From: Desulfobacterales bacterium
GTDB lineage: Bacteria; Desulfobacterota; Desulfobulbia; Desulfobulbales; BM004
DNA length: 42,389 nucleotides
Assembly (NCBI GenBank): GCA_030621655.1
Contig: JAUXHH010000001.1
Coordinates: 1-42,389 of the forward strand
Direction: 5' to 3'
Part shown: positions 9,802 through 18,800 of the stretch, one piece after another
How positions within the stretch are numbered: the first letter of the stretch is position 1
How the letters are laid out: each line of letters begins with the position of its first letter
The notes under the pieces: generated by a model
The model's database searches: none
What the model was told of the DNA's origin: nothing
Seen by the model: only the letters and a program-made list of their open reading frames with translations
Position numbers and translations under genes: made by a program

Positions 9802-9926
9802 GCCAATGTTTAGGCGAAATACTTGCCTGCAGGCACTTACTGGAAAATGATTATTGGGTATACAAACAAAGAATAAGCTGACATATAAGTTTTCACACTA
9901 CTCTGTGTAAATCTTAGCCCGTTATC

Positions 9927-10769
9927 CTAATATGAGATTATTTGGGTATTATCTATAGAATTTGAAAATATGCCCGCCTGCCGTCCTTTTTCTAAAAAAA
10001 ACTCAATAGCTGTCATCCCCTCTTCTCCCAAGTCTTCCGAAAAAGTATTCACATAAAGCCCGATATGATCGTTGATTACAGAGTCTTCAAGTTCCCGGGC
10101 ATGTTCTTTAATATAGGGGCTGCAAAGTTCAGGGTTTCTTTGAGCCCAGGCTATACTTGCTCTTAACGCCTTATCAATTTTTTCTATGAGGTCCATGCCG
10201 AGTGAACGCTTCACAGCGATCCCTCCCAACGGTATGGGATATCCCGAAATTTCCTCCCACCAGGATCCAAGATCTTTGATAAGTTCAAGCCCCCTGCTCT
10301 CGTAGGTAAATCTGCTTTCATGGATGATGACCCCACAGTCGACCTTTCCAGATTCAACTGCAGGCATGATTTCATCAAATCGCATCATGACGACATTCTT
10401 CCACTCAGGCTTATATAATTTCAGGAGCATGGCAGCTGTTGTATATTTGCCTGGCACTGCAACAGTCATTTTTGCAATATCGGTCGGTTCAACTTTTTGA
10501 CCGGCTACCAACAAAGGCCCGCAACCACGTCCAAGGGCTCCACCGGATTTCAGCAAAATATAATCTTCCAGAACATGACCAAAGGCATGAAAGGAAAGTT
10601 TTGTTATATCAAGGCGCCCCTGTAACGCCCACTCGTTTAAGGTCTCTACATCTTCAAGCCTTTCCGGTTGGAGGCTCCATCCAGTATGAGGGATATGCCC
10701 TTTAACCAGGCCACAGAAGATATAGGTATCATTGGGACAGGGAGAGAATCCAATAGAAAGCGATTTCAT
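9927..10769 (-). CDS. mqnD: 1,4-dihydroxy-6-naphthoate synthase (futalosine pathway)
   Basis: N-terminal GFSPCPNDTYIF signature of MqnD, periplasmic-binding-protein-like fold size (~280 aa), adjacent to a futalosine-hydrolase-like gene. Confidence 0.8.
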   Translation of the reverse strand: MKSLSIGFSPCPNDTYIFCGLVKGHIPHTGWSLQPERLEDVETLNEWALQGRLDITKLSFHAFGHVLEDYILLKSGGALGRGCGPLLVAGQKVEPTDIAKMTVAVPGKYTTAAMLLKLYKPEWKNVVMMRFDEIMPAVESGKVDCGVIIHESRFTYESRGLELIKDLGSWWEEISGYPIPLGGIAVKRSLGMDLIEKIDKALRASIAWAQRNPELCSPYIKEHARELEDSVINDHIGLYVNTFSEDLGEEGMTAIEFFLEKGRQAGIFSNSIDNTQIISY

Positions 10770-10794
10770 AGTGCTACCAGAAATTGTGTGCTAA

Positions 10795-11454
10795 TTAAGT
10801 CGCTGTTGGGGCGTATTCCCGCAGAAGAACCTCAACCACCCAGCAAATTTCATCAATGGCATCTTCGAGCATCCAGTTTGCTGTATGACGATCTTCAACC
10901 ATGTTACTGATACAACGCAACTCAACACAGGGGACTTTAAAAGTATTACATACCATTGCCACAGCAGCTCCCTCCATGTTCTCACACCCGGCAGCAAATT
11001 TTTCCCGTAGATATTCTCCACGCTTTTTTGTGCCACTGCAGCAGTTGACAGTTACAAAATTTGCCGCCCTGAATTCTATTTCATTGACATTTAAAATATT
11101 CTTGCAGTTTGAAACAAGTTCATTATTAAATAAAAAGTGAGTGTGCAATTGTGAAAGTCCAGAATCAAAATCCAGGATATCATCCTGCATGCAGATGCCA
11201 AAATCACCGAAAATTTCTTGTTGAGCCAGGCATATGTCAAGCAGATTTATGCCACTGTCAAGATATGCGCCACCAACTCCTATATTTATCACACCATCAA
11301 TATTAGAACCATGAAGAGCCAGATAGCTGCTAAGATTTGCAGCAGTTGTAACGGGCCCCATACCAGTAACCAGAGCTTCCAAATGCTCAGCATCTGAAAG
11401 GAATTGTTTTAATGGTTTTATTTCTTTTTCAGTGGCAGCCGCAACAAGTAACAT
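10795..11454 (-). CDS. mqnB: Futalosine hydrolase (PNP/UDP-1 nucleosidase family)
   Basis: Nucleosidase-family pattern (GVGGAY, CENMEGAAVA), ~219 aa, next to mqnD. Start set at the ATG preceded by GAGGTG. Confidence 0.7.
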   Translation of the reverse strand: MLLVAAATEKEIKPLKQFLSDAEHLEALVTGMGPVTTAANLSSYLALHGSNIDGVINIGVGGAYLDSGINLLDICLAQQEIFGDFGICMQDDILDFDSGLSQLHTHFLFNNELVSNCKNILNVNEIEFRAANFVTVNCCSGTKKRGEYLREKFAAGCENMEGAAVAMVCNTFKVPCVELRCISNMVEDRHTANWMLEDAIDEICWVVEVLLREYAPTAT

Positions 11455-11564
11455 GTACAACACCTCTAATTTATTATTGAAAAGATAGCACGTCTTTAAA
11501 AGTTAGGGTATTTTCGTCCTGACAGCAACCAATTTTCTTTTACCTCAACACTCACAGAATCAAC

Positions 11565-12683
11565 ATGAATCCCGAATTTAACTTTGAATCATATCAGTAT
11601 GATCTGCCTGCAGATCAAATTGCCCAGTTTCCAGCTGCAATCAGAGACAAGTCTCGACTTCTTGTGATGGATTGCAGAAACGACAGTATTCAGGACATGA
11701 ATTTTACAGACATTCTGAGCTTCTTTCAGCCTGGTGATCTCCTCGTGGTTAACGATACTAAAGTATTTCCAGCCCGGCTTGAAGGGAGAAAGGGCACTGG
11801 CGGAAAAATTGAATTGTTTCTATTGGAATACCCTGATTTTAATAATCTTGACACGATGGAAAAACCCACTGGCCAGGCAGTTGCCCAAAAGGGTTATTGC
11901 CTTACCGTTACAGGTTTGCTGAAAAGCTCCAAAAGGCCCAAGGTGGGCACACGATTTTTTTTCAGTCCGGCAGTTGAGGGTGAACTCCTGCAATTTCTTT
12001 CAGATGGGAAAGCAATTGTGGGGCTCTATTTTAATGCAGTCAAAGATGAAAGCCCTGAAGAAATATTGATGCAATGCGGCAGGGTCCCTCTACCACCATA
12101 CATCCGTCGAGATGAGGTGGACCACCCCGATGACAGTGGACGCTACCAGACTCTTTTTGCCAGAAAATCAGGTGCAATTGCTGCACCAACTGCGGGTTTG
12201 CATTTCTCAGAAGAACTGCTCCAAAATCTTCAAAAGCGCAACATCCAAATAGCACCTATCACCCTTCATGTTGGATACGGCACTTTCGCACCCGTGAGAG
12301 TGAAAGACATACGTCAACACAAAATACACGAAGAGTATGTAGAGGTCAGTGCGAAAACAGCAAAGTTAATCAATCAAACACGAAAAGCCGGGAAAAAAAT
12401 CTGGGCAGTGGGAACGACGACAGTACGAACTCTGGAATTTGCAGCGAATAAAGATGGACAGGTAGAGGCCAAACAGGGATGGTGCGGGCTTTATATTTAT
12501 CCCGGCTATGAATTTAAAGTGGTCAACGCTTTGATTACCAATTTTCACTTACCCGGATCTTCACTTCTCTTTCTGGTTGCGGCACTTACCGGCAGGCCAA
12601 ACATACTCCGGGCCTATCAGATGGCAATAAAGCTTGGGTATCGCTTTTACAGTTATGGGGATGCCATGCTGATCATTCCCTGA
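11565..12683 (+). CDS. queA: S-adenosylmethionine:tRNA ribosyltransferase-isomerase
   Basis: FDYxLP-like N-terminus (YQYDLPADQIAQFP), SRLLV, PLPPYI, TAGLHF and GTTTVRTLE motifs. Confidence 0.95.
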   Translation: MNPEFNFESYQYDLPADQIAQFPAAIRDKSRLLVMDCRNDSIQDMNFTDILSFFQPGDLLVVNDTKVFPARLEGRKGTGGKIELFLLEYPDFNNLDTMEKPTGQAVAQKGYCLTVTGLLKSSKRPKVGTRFFFSPAVEGELLQFLSDGKAIVGLYFNAVKDESPEEILMQCGRVPLPPYIRRDEVDHPDDSGRYQTLFARKSGAIAAPTAGLHFSEELLQNLQKRNIQIAPITLHVGYGTFAPVRVKDIRQHKIHEEYVEVSAKTAKLINQTRKAGKKIWAVGTTTVRTLEFAANKDGQVEAKQGWCGLYIYPGYEFKVVNALITNFHLPGSSLLFLVAALTGRPNILRAYQMAIKLGYRFYSYGDAMLIIP

Positions 12684-12738
12684 TTGCAACAGCTCCCTGC
12701 ACAATCAGTTCTATTAAATTTCCACCGGGATAAAATTG

Positions 12739-13071
12739 TCAGGCGGTTGCGGAACAGTCTGCTTTGCTTTTAGTGGCTGCTGAGGAATCAGAAGAGCTGC
12801 TTGTAGTTTTTTCGGCCTTTGGTGAGGTGTTTTTTGTTGATTTATCTTTAGTTGATTTGTCTTTAGGGGTTGAACCTGAACCATTGGAGGATTTACTGCT
12901 GTAACCATCGGCATACCACCCTCCCCCTTTCAGCTGAAAAGAACTCCTGGACACAAGTTTATTCACCGGGCCGGAACAATCAGGACAGTTTGTTAATGGA
13001 TCCTCTGTCATACGCTGAATAACTTCAATAACTTTACAACAGGATGTGCATTCATATTCATATATTGGCAT
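12739..13071 (-). CDS. FmdB-family zinc-ribbon protein with a low-complexity Ser/Lys-rich tail
   Basis: MPIYEYECTSCCKVIEV...CPDCSG CxxC...CxxC zinc ribbon. The C-terminus is an S/T/K-rich repeat (KDKSTKDKSTK). Confidence 0.85.
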   Translation of the reverse strand: MPIYEYECTSCCKVIEVIQRMTEDPLTNCPDCSGPVNKLVSRSSFQLKGGGWYADGYSSKSSNGSGSTPKDKSTKDKSTKNTSPKAEKTTSSSSDSSAATKSKADCSATA

Positions 13072-13473
13072 TTTGTCATATACTCCAGTTCATATATATT
13101 CCCCGGCTTCAAGGGCAACGCATTTCACATGTGGTAATTCTTCTTCAATATCCTTTCGGTGGCAAATATTAATTTCGATCCACGCTATTGTCAACGCCAC
13201 AAAATATTTTTTCATCATAAAATAAGGTTATAGTCGACGTATGCCGACAATAAACCGAATAGTATCTGTTTTTAATTTTTTAAAACGGAAAGTCTTGCAA
13301 GTAATTAATATCAACAGTTATCTGGACAGAATCTCCGTAAAGTTGTATTTACGCAATTTCAGGGTTGCAAATAGCACACTTTTTCCTGAATTTAATTATC
13401 TTCGTTTCAATAGTATCGAGAATATATTTTTTTAAAAAAATAAATCCATAAATTAATACTTTTCATTACAACC

Positions 13474-14256
13474 ATGATTGGAATTTTCGATTCAGGAGTC
13501 GGGGGCATGACTGTTGCCCGTGCCGTGGAAACCCTGCTTCCTGATCTACAAATTATATATTATGGGGACCTGGCAAGGACTCCATACGGAAGTAAGAGTC
13601 CTGAAACTATTATTGAATACTCAATCAATAATACAGAGTTTCTCCTTAGTCACGGTGCTCAAGCGATCATCATCGCCTGTAACTCAGCAGCAAGTGTTGC
13701 CTCAGAAATCCTCCGGCAGAAATTTGACACCCCAATTTTCGAAGTCATCTCGCCGGCAGTTAATCGTGCAGTAGCAACTACTCAATCAGGAAACATAGGT
13801 GTTATCGGCACTCGTGCCACTATCCGCAGTGGAATTTATACTCAAAAAATAAAACAAAAATCTCCCGATCTAAGAGTTTTTTCCAAAGCCTGTCCTTTGC
13901 TGGTACCGCTTGTTGAAGAAGGCTGGCTAAATGCCCGTGAAACCAAAATGATACTCAGAAAATATCTGGCGCCACTGAAACAAAAACAGATAGATACACT
14001 TGTGCTGGGCTGCACACATTACCCCCTGCTGAAAGATCTTATTCAGCATCGCGTGGGCAAAAACAGGATCAAGCTGATTGACTCCTCCATAGAAGTTGCA
14101 TTAACATTACAAGCATACCTGGATGAAAATCCTGATTTTTCTAAAACCCTTCAGTATGAAACAGCAAACAAATATTTTGTTTCAGACATCACGAAAGCTG
14201 CAATCAATACTGCAGAAAAAATATTTGGGCGTCATATTGATTTAAAAAAGGTTTAA
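13474..14256 (+). CDS. murI: Glutamate racemase
   Basis: IGIFDSGVGGMTV N-terminus and the two catalytic Cys contexts (IIACNSA, LGCTHYP). Confidence 0.95.
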   Translation: MIGIFDSGVGGMTVARAVETLLPDLQIIYYGDLARTPYGSKSPETIIEYSINNTEFLLSHGAQAIIIACNSAASVASEILRQKFDTPIFEVISPAVNRAVATTQSGNIGVIGTRATIRSGIYTQKIKQKSPDLRVFSKACPLLVPLVEEGWLNARETKMILRKYLAPLKQKQIDTLVLGCTHYPLLKDLIQHRVGKNRIKLIDSSIEVALTLQAYLDENPDFSKTLQYETANKYFVSDITKAAINTAEKIFGRHIDLKKV

Positions 14257-14262
14257 CAAACA

Positions 14263-14991
14263 ATGACTTCTTCTTTTTTAACCTGTTTCCTTTCTATGAC
14301 CACACAGAGACCTATCTACAGAATCTTCACCATGATACTGTTTGCAGGCCTATTTCTGTTACCAATACAGATTGCGGCTCAACCAATGGATTCGATCGAG
14401 ATTGCTCAAAAACTGCAAGGCACATATGAAAAAGCTACAAATCTGGTGGCTGATTTTAATCAAACAACATCAATAAAATTCAGCGGGCGTGTCCGGCAAG
14501 GTTCAGGTTCCATGATATTTCTCAGGCCAGGTCAATTGCGTTGGGATTATATTGCACCTGATCATCAGGTTCTCATAAGTGACGGGGAATCCATCTCCAT
14601 GTATTTTGAAAAAAACAATCAAATGATAATCAGCAATGCGCGAGACTACCTGCAATCAGATGTCACTTACTCATTTTTTGCGGGCACAGGGGACATACTG
14701 AAAGATTTTGATATTGTTGAACCTGATTTTAAAAACGTCGAGGGAAATTCTCACCTTATCAAACTTGTCCCCAAATCAACACATCCGCATGTATCATCCA
14801 TACATGCCTGGATCACTGATGGAACCTTCCTGCTTGAACATCTACGGATTGTTGACCATTTTGATACTGTCACCGATCTCTTTTTTAAGAATGTACAAAT
14901 TGATTCCAACTCCTACGGCGGCCGCAAAATCACGAAAAATCTGTTTTCTTTCACACCACCGGCCGACACTGAAATTATCAAACAGTATTAA
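14263..14991 (+). CDS. LolA-like outer-membrane lipoprotein carrier family protein
   Basis: Signal/TM segment, then the LolA-type pattern ADFNQ...GSGSMIFLRPGQLRWDY..PDHQVLISDGESISMY. Starts 6 nt after the murI stop. Confidence 0.75.
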   Translation: MTSSFLTCFLSMTTQRPIYRIFTMILFAGLFLLPIQIAAQPMDSIEIAQKLQGTYEKATNLVADFNQTTSIKFSGRVRQGSGSMIFLRPGQLRWDYIAPDHQVLISDGESISMYFEKNNQMIISNARDYLQSDVTYSFFAGTGDILKDFDIVEPDFKNVEGNSHLIKLVPKSTHPHVSSIHAWITDGTFLLEHLRIVDHFDTVTDLFFKNVQIDSNSYGGRKITKNLFSFTPPADTEIIKQY

Positions 14992-15007
14992 CTGTTCTTC
15001 CTGAGAG

Positions 15008-16879
15008 TTGATTTTGGACTCAAAAAAAACACCTACTCCCAAACATTCTCCAACAAGAATCAATTTAATATCCATGCCGTGGCCCCTTTTTAACAGGCCA
15101 TCCATACAGCTTGGCACATTAAAGGCTTATCTTGAAACCAGAGCCGATTGGCTTGCAGTTGACACAGAACATCTCTATCTGGAGGTTGCTTCCACTCTGG
15201 GGACGAAATTGTATCACTGGATAAGCCGGAATGCATGGGTCAGTGAATCACTGTATGGGCCCCTTGTCTTTCCTGAACAGAGGAACTCTTCTGAAATACT
15301 GGCAACGAACTATGCGCATAAAACTGGTTCCCCAATTAATACATTATTTAATTTTAACCAGATACATGAAACAGTAGAGAGCCAGCTCGAAAATTGGGTT
15401 AGCGACTGCGACTGGTCACAATATACAATTGCAGGATTCTCTGTCTGTTTCAATCAACTCCTTGCCTCACTTGCTGCAGCCAGTTCAATTAAGAAAAAAT
15501 TTCCTCATATAACAGTCGTTTTTGGCGGGTCGTCATGTGCTGCTACTGCCGGAAAATCTATCCTTGATGCATTTGACTTCGTGGATTTTGTCATCCAGGG
15601 GGAAGGGGAAAAGAGCCTGTTGGAACTTTGCGGGTACATTACCGGGCGAAGCGACAGACTTCCTCAGAATATATTTTCTGCAAAATCATCACTGCATCAT
15701 TCCAACTTGAATGATCCTGCTGTTGGCTCCCAATTGCCTTCACTGGAACCACTTCCTGTCCCGGATTATGATGATTATTTTTCAGACCAGAAAAAATGGT
15801 TCCCAGACAAACCGTTTATCCCGGTTCTTCCTGTTGAATTTTCCCGCGGTTGCTGGTGGAATAAATGCACCTTCTGTAATCTTAATCTGCAGTGGTGCGG
15901 CTATCGTTATAAAAAAGCTTCGCAAATGATTGATGAAGTTACAGCGCTATCCGCAAGGTATGGTTGTCTTGACTTCACATTCACAGACAACATGATACCC
16001 CCGCAGGAATCTTTACATTTCTTCACGCAGACAAGTGAACTCCATACTGATTTCAGCTTTTTTGCCGAAATTCGATCTATCGGTGAAAAAAAATCTATTG
16101 ATGACATTTTTTCTCTCTATCGTCGCGGGGGACTTTCGACAATACAAGTGGGTATTGAATCACTCAGCAACAGCCTCTTAAGAAGAATGCAAAAAGGGGT
16201 CAGCGTCATTGAGAATATTGCAACCATGCGGGCTGCTCAAGAACATTCTCTGGCACTGGAAGGAAACCTGATTATTCAATTTCCCGGCAGTACACAATCT
16301 GAGGTTGATGAAACTCTTGAGAATCTTGATTATATTTTTTCATTTAGTCCATTAAGCATTGCAGCTTTTTTTCTGGGACATGACAGTCCAGTCTGCATTT
16401 CCCCTAAAAAATATGGCATCAAGGCTATCATCAACCACGCAAATAACACAAAAATCTTTCCACGAGAGACTCTGCAAAAATTAAAACTCATTGTGCAGGA
16501 TTACAGAGGAGACCGGACATACCAAAAAAAAATATGGAAGCCGGTTTTTTCCAAAATAAAAAGATGGCAGAAGTATCACGAAAAGAGAAAGATAGGGGGG
16601 TTACACAAGCCTCTTTTGTACTATAGGGATGGAACTGACTTCCTTCTTATGCGCCAAGAATTAATTGACGGCACGGTTTTAAACCATAGATTGAGAGGCA
16701 CATCACGACAAATCTACTTATTCTGTACGCAAATAAGAACAGAGAAAGAATTATCTGAAAAATTCCCGGCAATCTCTCAACAAAAAATCCTTACTTTTCT
16801 TGCTGATCTTAAGAAAAAAAGACTTGTTTTCTCAGATAAAAACAGACACCTTTCTCTGGCAGTACACAGCACTTTATGA
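15008..16879 (+). CDS. B12-binding-domain radical SAM protein (resembles the RiPP-maturation radical SAM family)
   Basis: N-terminal INLISMPW...RPSIQLGTLKAYL. B12-domain-like VVFGGSSCA...VDFVIQGEGEKSLLEL. PVPDYDDYF followed by EFSRGCWWNKCTFCNLN (Cx4Cx2C). The annotated start is a TTG and is uncertain; an in-frame ATG occurs at ~15074. Confidence 0.85.
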   Translation: MILDSKKTPTPKHSPTRINLISMPWPLFNRPSIQLGTLKAYLETRADWLAVDTEHLYLEVASTLGTKLYHWISRNAWVSESLYGPLVFPEQRNSSEILATNYAHKTGSPINTLFNFNQIHETVESQLENWVSDCDWSQYTIAGFSVCFNQLLASLAAASSIKKKFPHITVVFGGSSCAATAGKSILDAFDFVDFVIQGEGEKSLLELCGYITGRSDRLPQNIFSAKSSLHHSNLNDPAVGSQLPSLEPLPVPDYDDYFSDQKKWFPDKPFIPVLPVEFSRGCWWNKCTFCNLNLQWCGYRYKKASQMIDEVTALSARYGCLDFTFTDNMIPPQESLHFFTQTSELHTDFSFFAEIRSIGEKKSIDDIFSLYRRGGLSTIQVGIESLSNSLLRRMQKGVSVIENIATMRAAQEHSLALEGNLIIQFPGSTQSEVDETLENLDYIFSFSPLSIAAFFLGHDSPVCISPKKYGIKAIINHANNTKIFPRETLQKLKLIVQDYRGDRTYQKKIWKPVFSKIKRWQKYHEKRKIGGLHKPLLYYRDGTDFLLMRQELIDGTVLNHRLRGTSRQIYLFCTQIRTEKELSEKFPAISQQKILTFLADLKKKRLVFSDKNRHLSLAVHSTL

Positions 16880-16971
16880 ATGTCTACTGATTCTCAAAAC
16901 CCAAAAAGGTAAATACCCACATCAAAACTTATACTCCTGCCCCTAAACTCAATAAATATTAAGGTGATCTT

Positions 16972-18186
16972 ATGTCAGACGATTTTTCTAATCATGAAAG
17001 TTTTGCAGATTTATTCAAAGATAATGGTCCTCCTAAAAAACAGCTTTCACCCGGTCAAAAAATTAAAGCAGTGGTGGTTGATGTTTCCCAGGACTCCATT
17101 TTTCTGGATGTTGGTGGAAAGAGTGAGGGCTTCGTTGACCGGAAAGAGCTTGAAGATGAGACCGGAGATGTAACCGTTGAGACTGGAGACACCCTCGAAG
17201 TCTATTTCCTCTCTTCCGCCCGAAATGAAATGCTTTTTACAACAAAAATTGGTGGCGGTTCAACATCACTCGCCCACCTCGAAGAAGCTTATCGAAACGG
17301 GATTCCCCTTGAAGGGTTTATCAAAAAGGAGATAAAAGGCGGATTTGAAGTCACGGTTGCCGGCAAAATCCGAACTTTCTGCCCCTACTCACAAATGGAT
17401 ATAAGGCGTATCACCGACGCTGAAGATTATGTCGGAGAGCATATGCTTTTTAGAATTACAGAATACAAGGAAAATGGCCGCAATATAATCCTTTCACGTC
17501 GGATTATTTTAGAAGAGGAAAGAGAAGAAAAACGTGAGCTTCTAAAAGAAACCCTGCAGGAAGGCATGACTGTACAGGGAGTAATCACCTCAATACAGAA
17601 ATTTGGTGCCTTTGTGGATATTGACGGCATAGAAGGACTTATCCCAATTTCTGAGATCGGCTGGTCCAGGATTGAAGATATCCAGGAAATACTCACAGAA
17701 GAGCAGAAAGTTGAAGTAGTAATCCTTAAGCTTGATTGGGAAAATGATCGTTACTCCTTCAGTCTGAAGCAGGCTCTTCCCGACCCCTGGGAAAGCATTT
17801 CACAAAAACTTCCTGTTGGTTCCTCGCATTCAGGGACTGTGGTAAGGCTGACAAAATTCGGGGCTTTTGTAAATCTTGCTGAAGGCATTGATGGTCTAAT
17901 CCATATTTCCAAACTCGGCGGCGGCAGGCGGATCAACCATCCAAAAGAAGTTTTAGATGAAGGCCAAACTGTTGAAGTGAAGATAGAGGATATAGATGCG
18001 GAACAGAAACGTTTATCCCTAGCCCTGGTTGGCGAAATGACTGCAGAGGAGTCCGATTCTGCCAGCGAAAAAGAAGATATAAAAGAATTTCAAGCAAAAC
18101 ACAGGGAATCTGCTACAAGCAGCCCGATGAGTACACTTGGAGATATTCTCAAGGCGAAACTTGAGGAAAAGGAACAAAAAAAATAA
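16972..18186 (+). CDS. S1 RNA-binding-domain protein (four S1 repeats, acidic C-terminal tail)
   Basis: Repeated S1 motifs, e.g. GMTVQGVITSIQKFGAFVDIDGIEGLIPISEI and GTVVRLTKFGAFVNLAEGIDGLIHISKL. Strong SD (AAGGTGAT) precedes the ATG. Shorter than canonical six-domain RpsA. Confidence 0.85.
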   Translation: MSDDFSNHESFADLFKDNGPPKKQLSPGQKIKAVVVDVSQDSIFLDVGGKSEGFVDRKELEDETGDVTVETGDTLEVYFLSSARNEMLFTTKIGGGSTSLAHLEEAYRNGIPLEGFIKKEIKGGFEVTVAGKIRTFCPYSQMDIRRITDAEDYVGEHMLFRITEYKENGRNIILSRRIILEEEREEKRELLKETLQEGMTVQGVITSIQKFGAFVDIDGIEGLIPISEIGWSRIEDIQEILTEEQKVEVVILKLDWENDRYSFSLKQALPDPWESISQKLPVGSSHSGTVVRLTKFGAFVNLAEGIDGLIHISKLGGGRRINHPKEVLDEGQTVEVKIEDIDAEQKRLSLALVGEMTAEESDSASEKEDIKEFQAKHRESATSSPMSTLGDILKAKLEEKEQKK

Positions 18187-18209
18187 ACAGGGGATTCAGA
18201 GGATCATCC

Positions 18210-18596
18210 ATGTTTGATGAAATGATTTCCCTGCTGAAGAAGGGTGAAATGGTCCAACTCGATTTGCTTCGCAAACGATTTGACCTAGCTTTGATAAAAA
18301 AAATCGGGGTGGTAAAAACGCCCTATACCTTCTGGTCAGCGGATAAAAAAATCAACCCAGCATCAAAAGAACTCCTATGGGCGGTGATACTTCTCGAGGA
18401 TAGAGAAAATTTCATGCTGGTTGAGGGAATAATCACCACCGAGATTGACGAGCGTCAAAAAGTTTCAGGGCATAGCAGTAATGACATTTCAGTTCAACAG
18501 GTTATTGATGTTTTTATCCAAGAATTTTTCCAGCTGTCCCCATCTGTAAAATTCAGAAACTTCCTCGAGCAAAAAGTCAAACACACTCTACCTTAA
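18210..18596 (+). CDS. Hypothetical protein, 128 aa, no recognised motif
   Basis: ORF starts 23 nt after the S1-domain gene on the same strand. The composition looks protein-like, but I recognise no family. Confidence 0.55.
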   Translation: MFDEMISLLKKGEMVQLDLLRKRFDLALIKKIGVVKTPYTFWSADKKINPASKELLWAVILLEDRENFMLVEGIITTEIDERQKVSGHSSNDISVQQVIDVFIQEFFQLSPSVKFRNFLEQKVKHTLP

Positions 18597-18622
18597 ATGG
18601 CTGCTGACAACGTGAAAGATAG

Positions 18623-18658
18623 GGTGATGGTGAGAGGTGATAAGTAATCGCTTTTTCA
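18623..18658. repeat. GGTGA-rich element, copy A (downstream of smr)
   Basis: GGTGATGGTGAGAGGTGATAAGTAATCGCTTTTTCA aligns with copy B at 19248-19289 apart from three small indels and a few substitutions. Confidence 0.7.
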
Positions 18659-18800
18659 GCCCGTTTTAAAAAACGGGGTGGCCCTATAAACAACCCCAAA
18701 TCCTGACACATACATAAGCTACCTAAAAAGGATTGTTTTCTGAGTGGCTTGGCTACAGAACAATGGAAAGTTAATTCAACAGCCTTTTTGAAAGGAATTC

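Noticed and set aside
12714-12914. A 66-aa ORF in an alternative frame over the tail of the zinc-ribbon gene.
   Set aside because: It overlaps the low-complexity repeat-encoding part of the FmdB-family gene and is a frame artefact of the repetitive sequence.
13241-13435. A 64-aa + strand ORF in the AT-rich region upstream of murI.
   Set aside because: Low-complexity, Asn/Phe/Ile-rich composition typical of AT-rich non-coding DNA, with no SD. More likely promoter/UP-element DNA for murI.
16880-16912. A 10-codon ORF (MSTDSQNPKR) starting immediately after the radical SAM stop (TGAATG).
   Set aside because: Too short, and it lacks the Cys/Ser/Thr-rich core or leader expected of a RiPP precursor. 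The chance occurrence of such an ORF is high. It is mentioned only as something to test under the rSAM finding.
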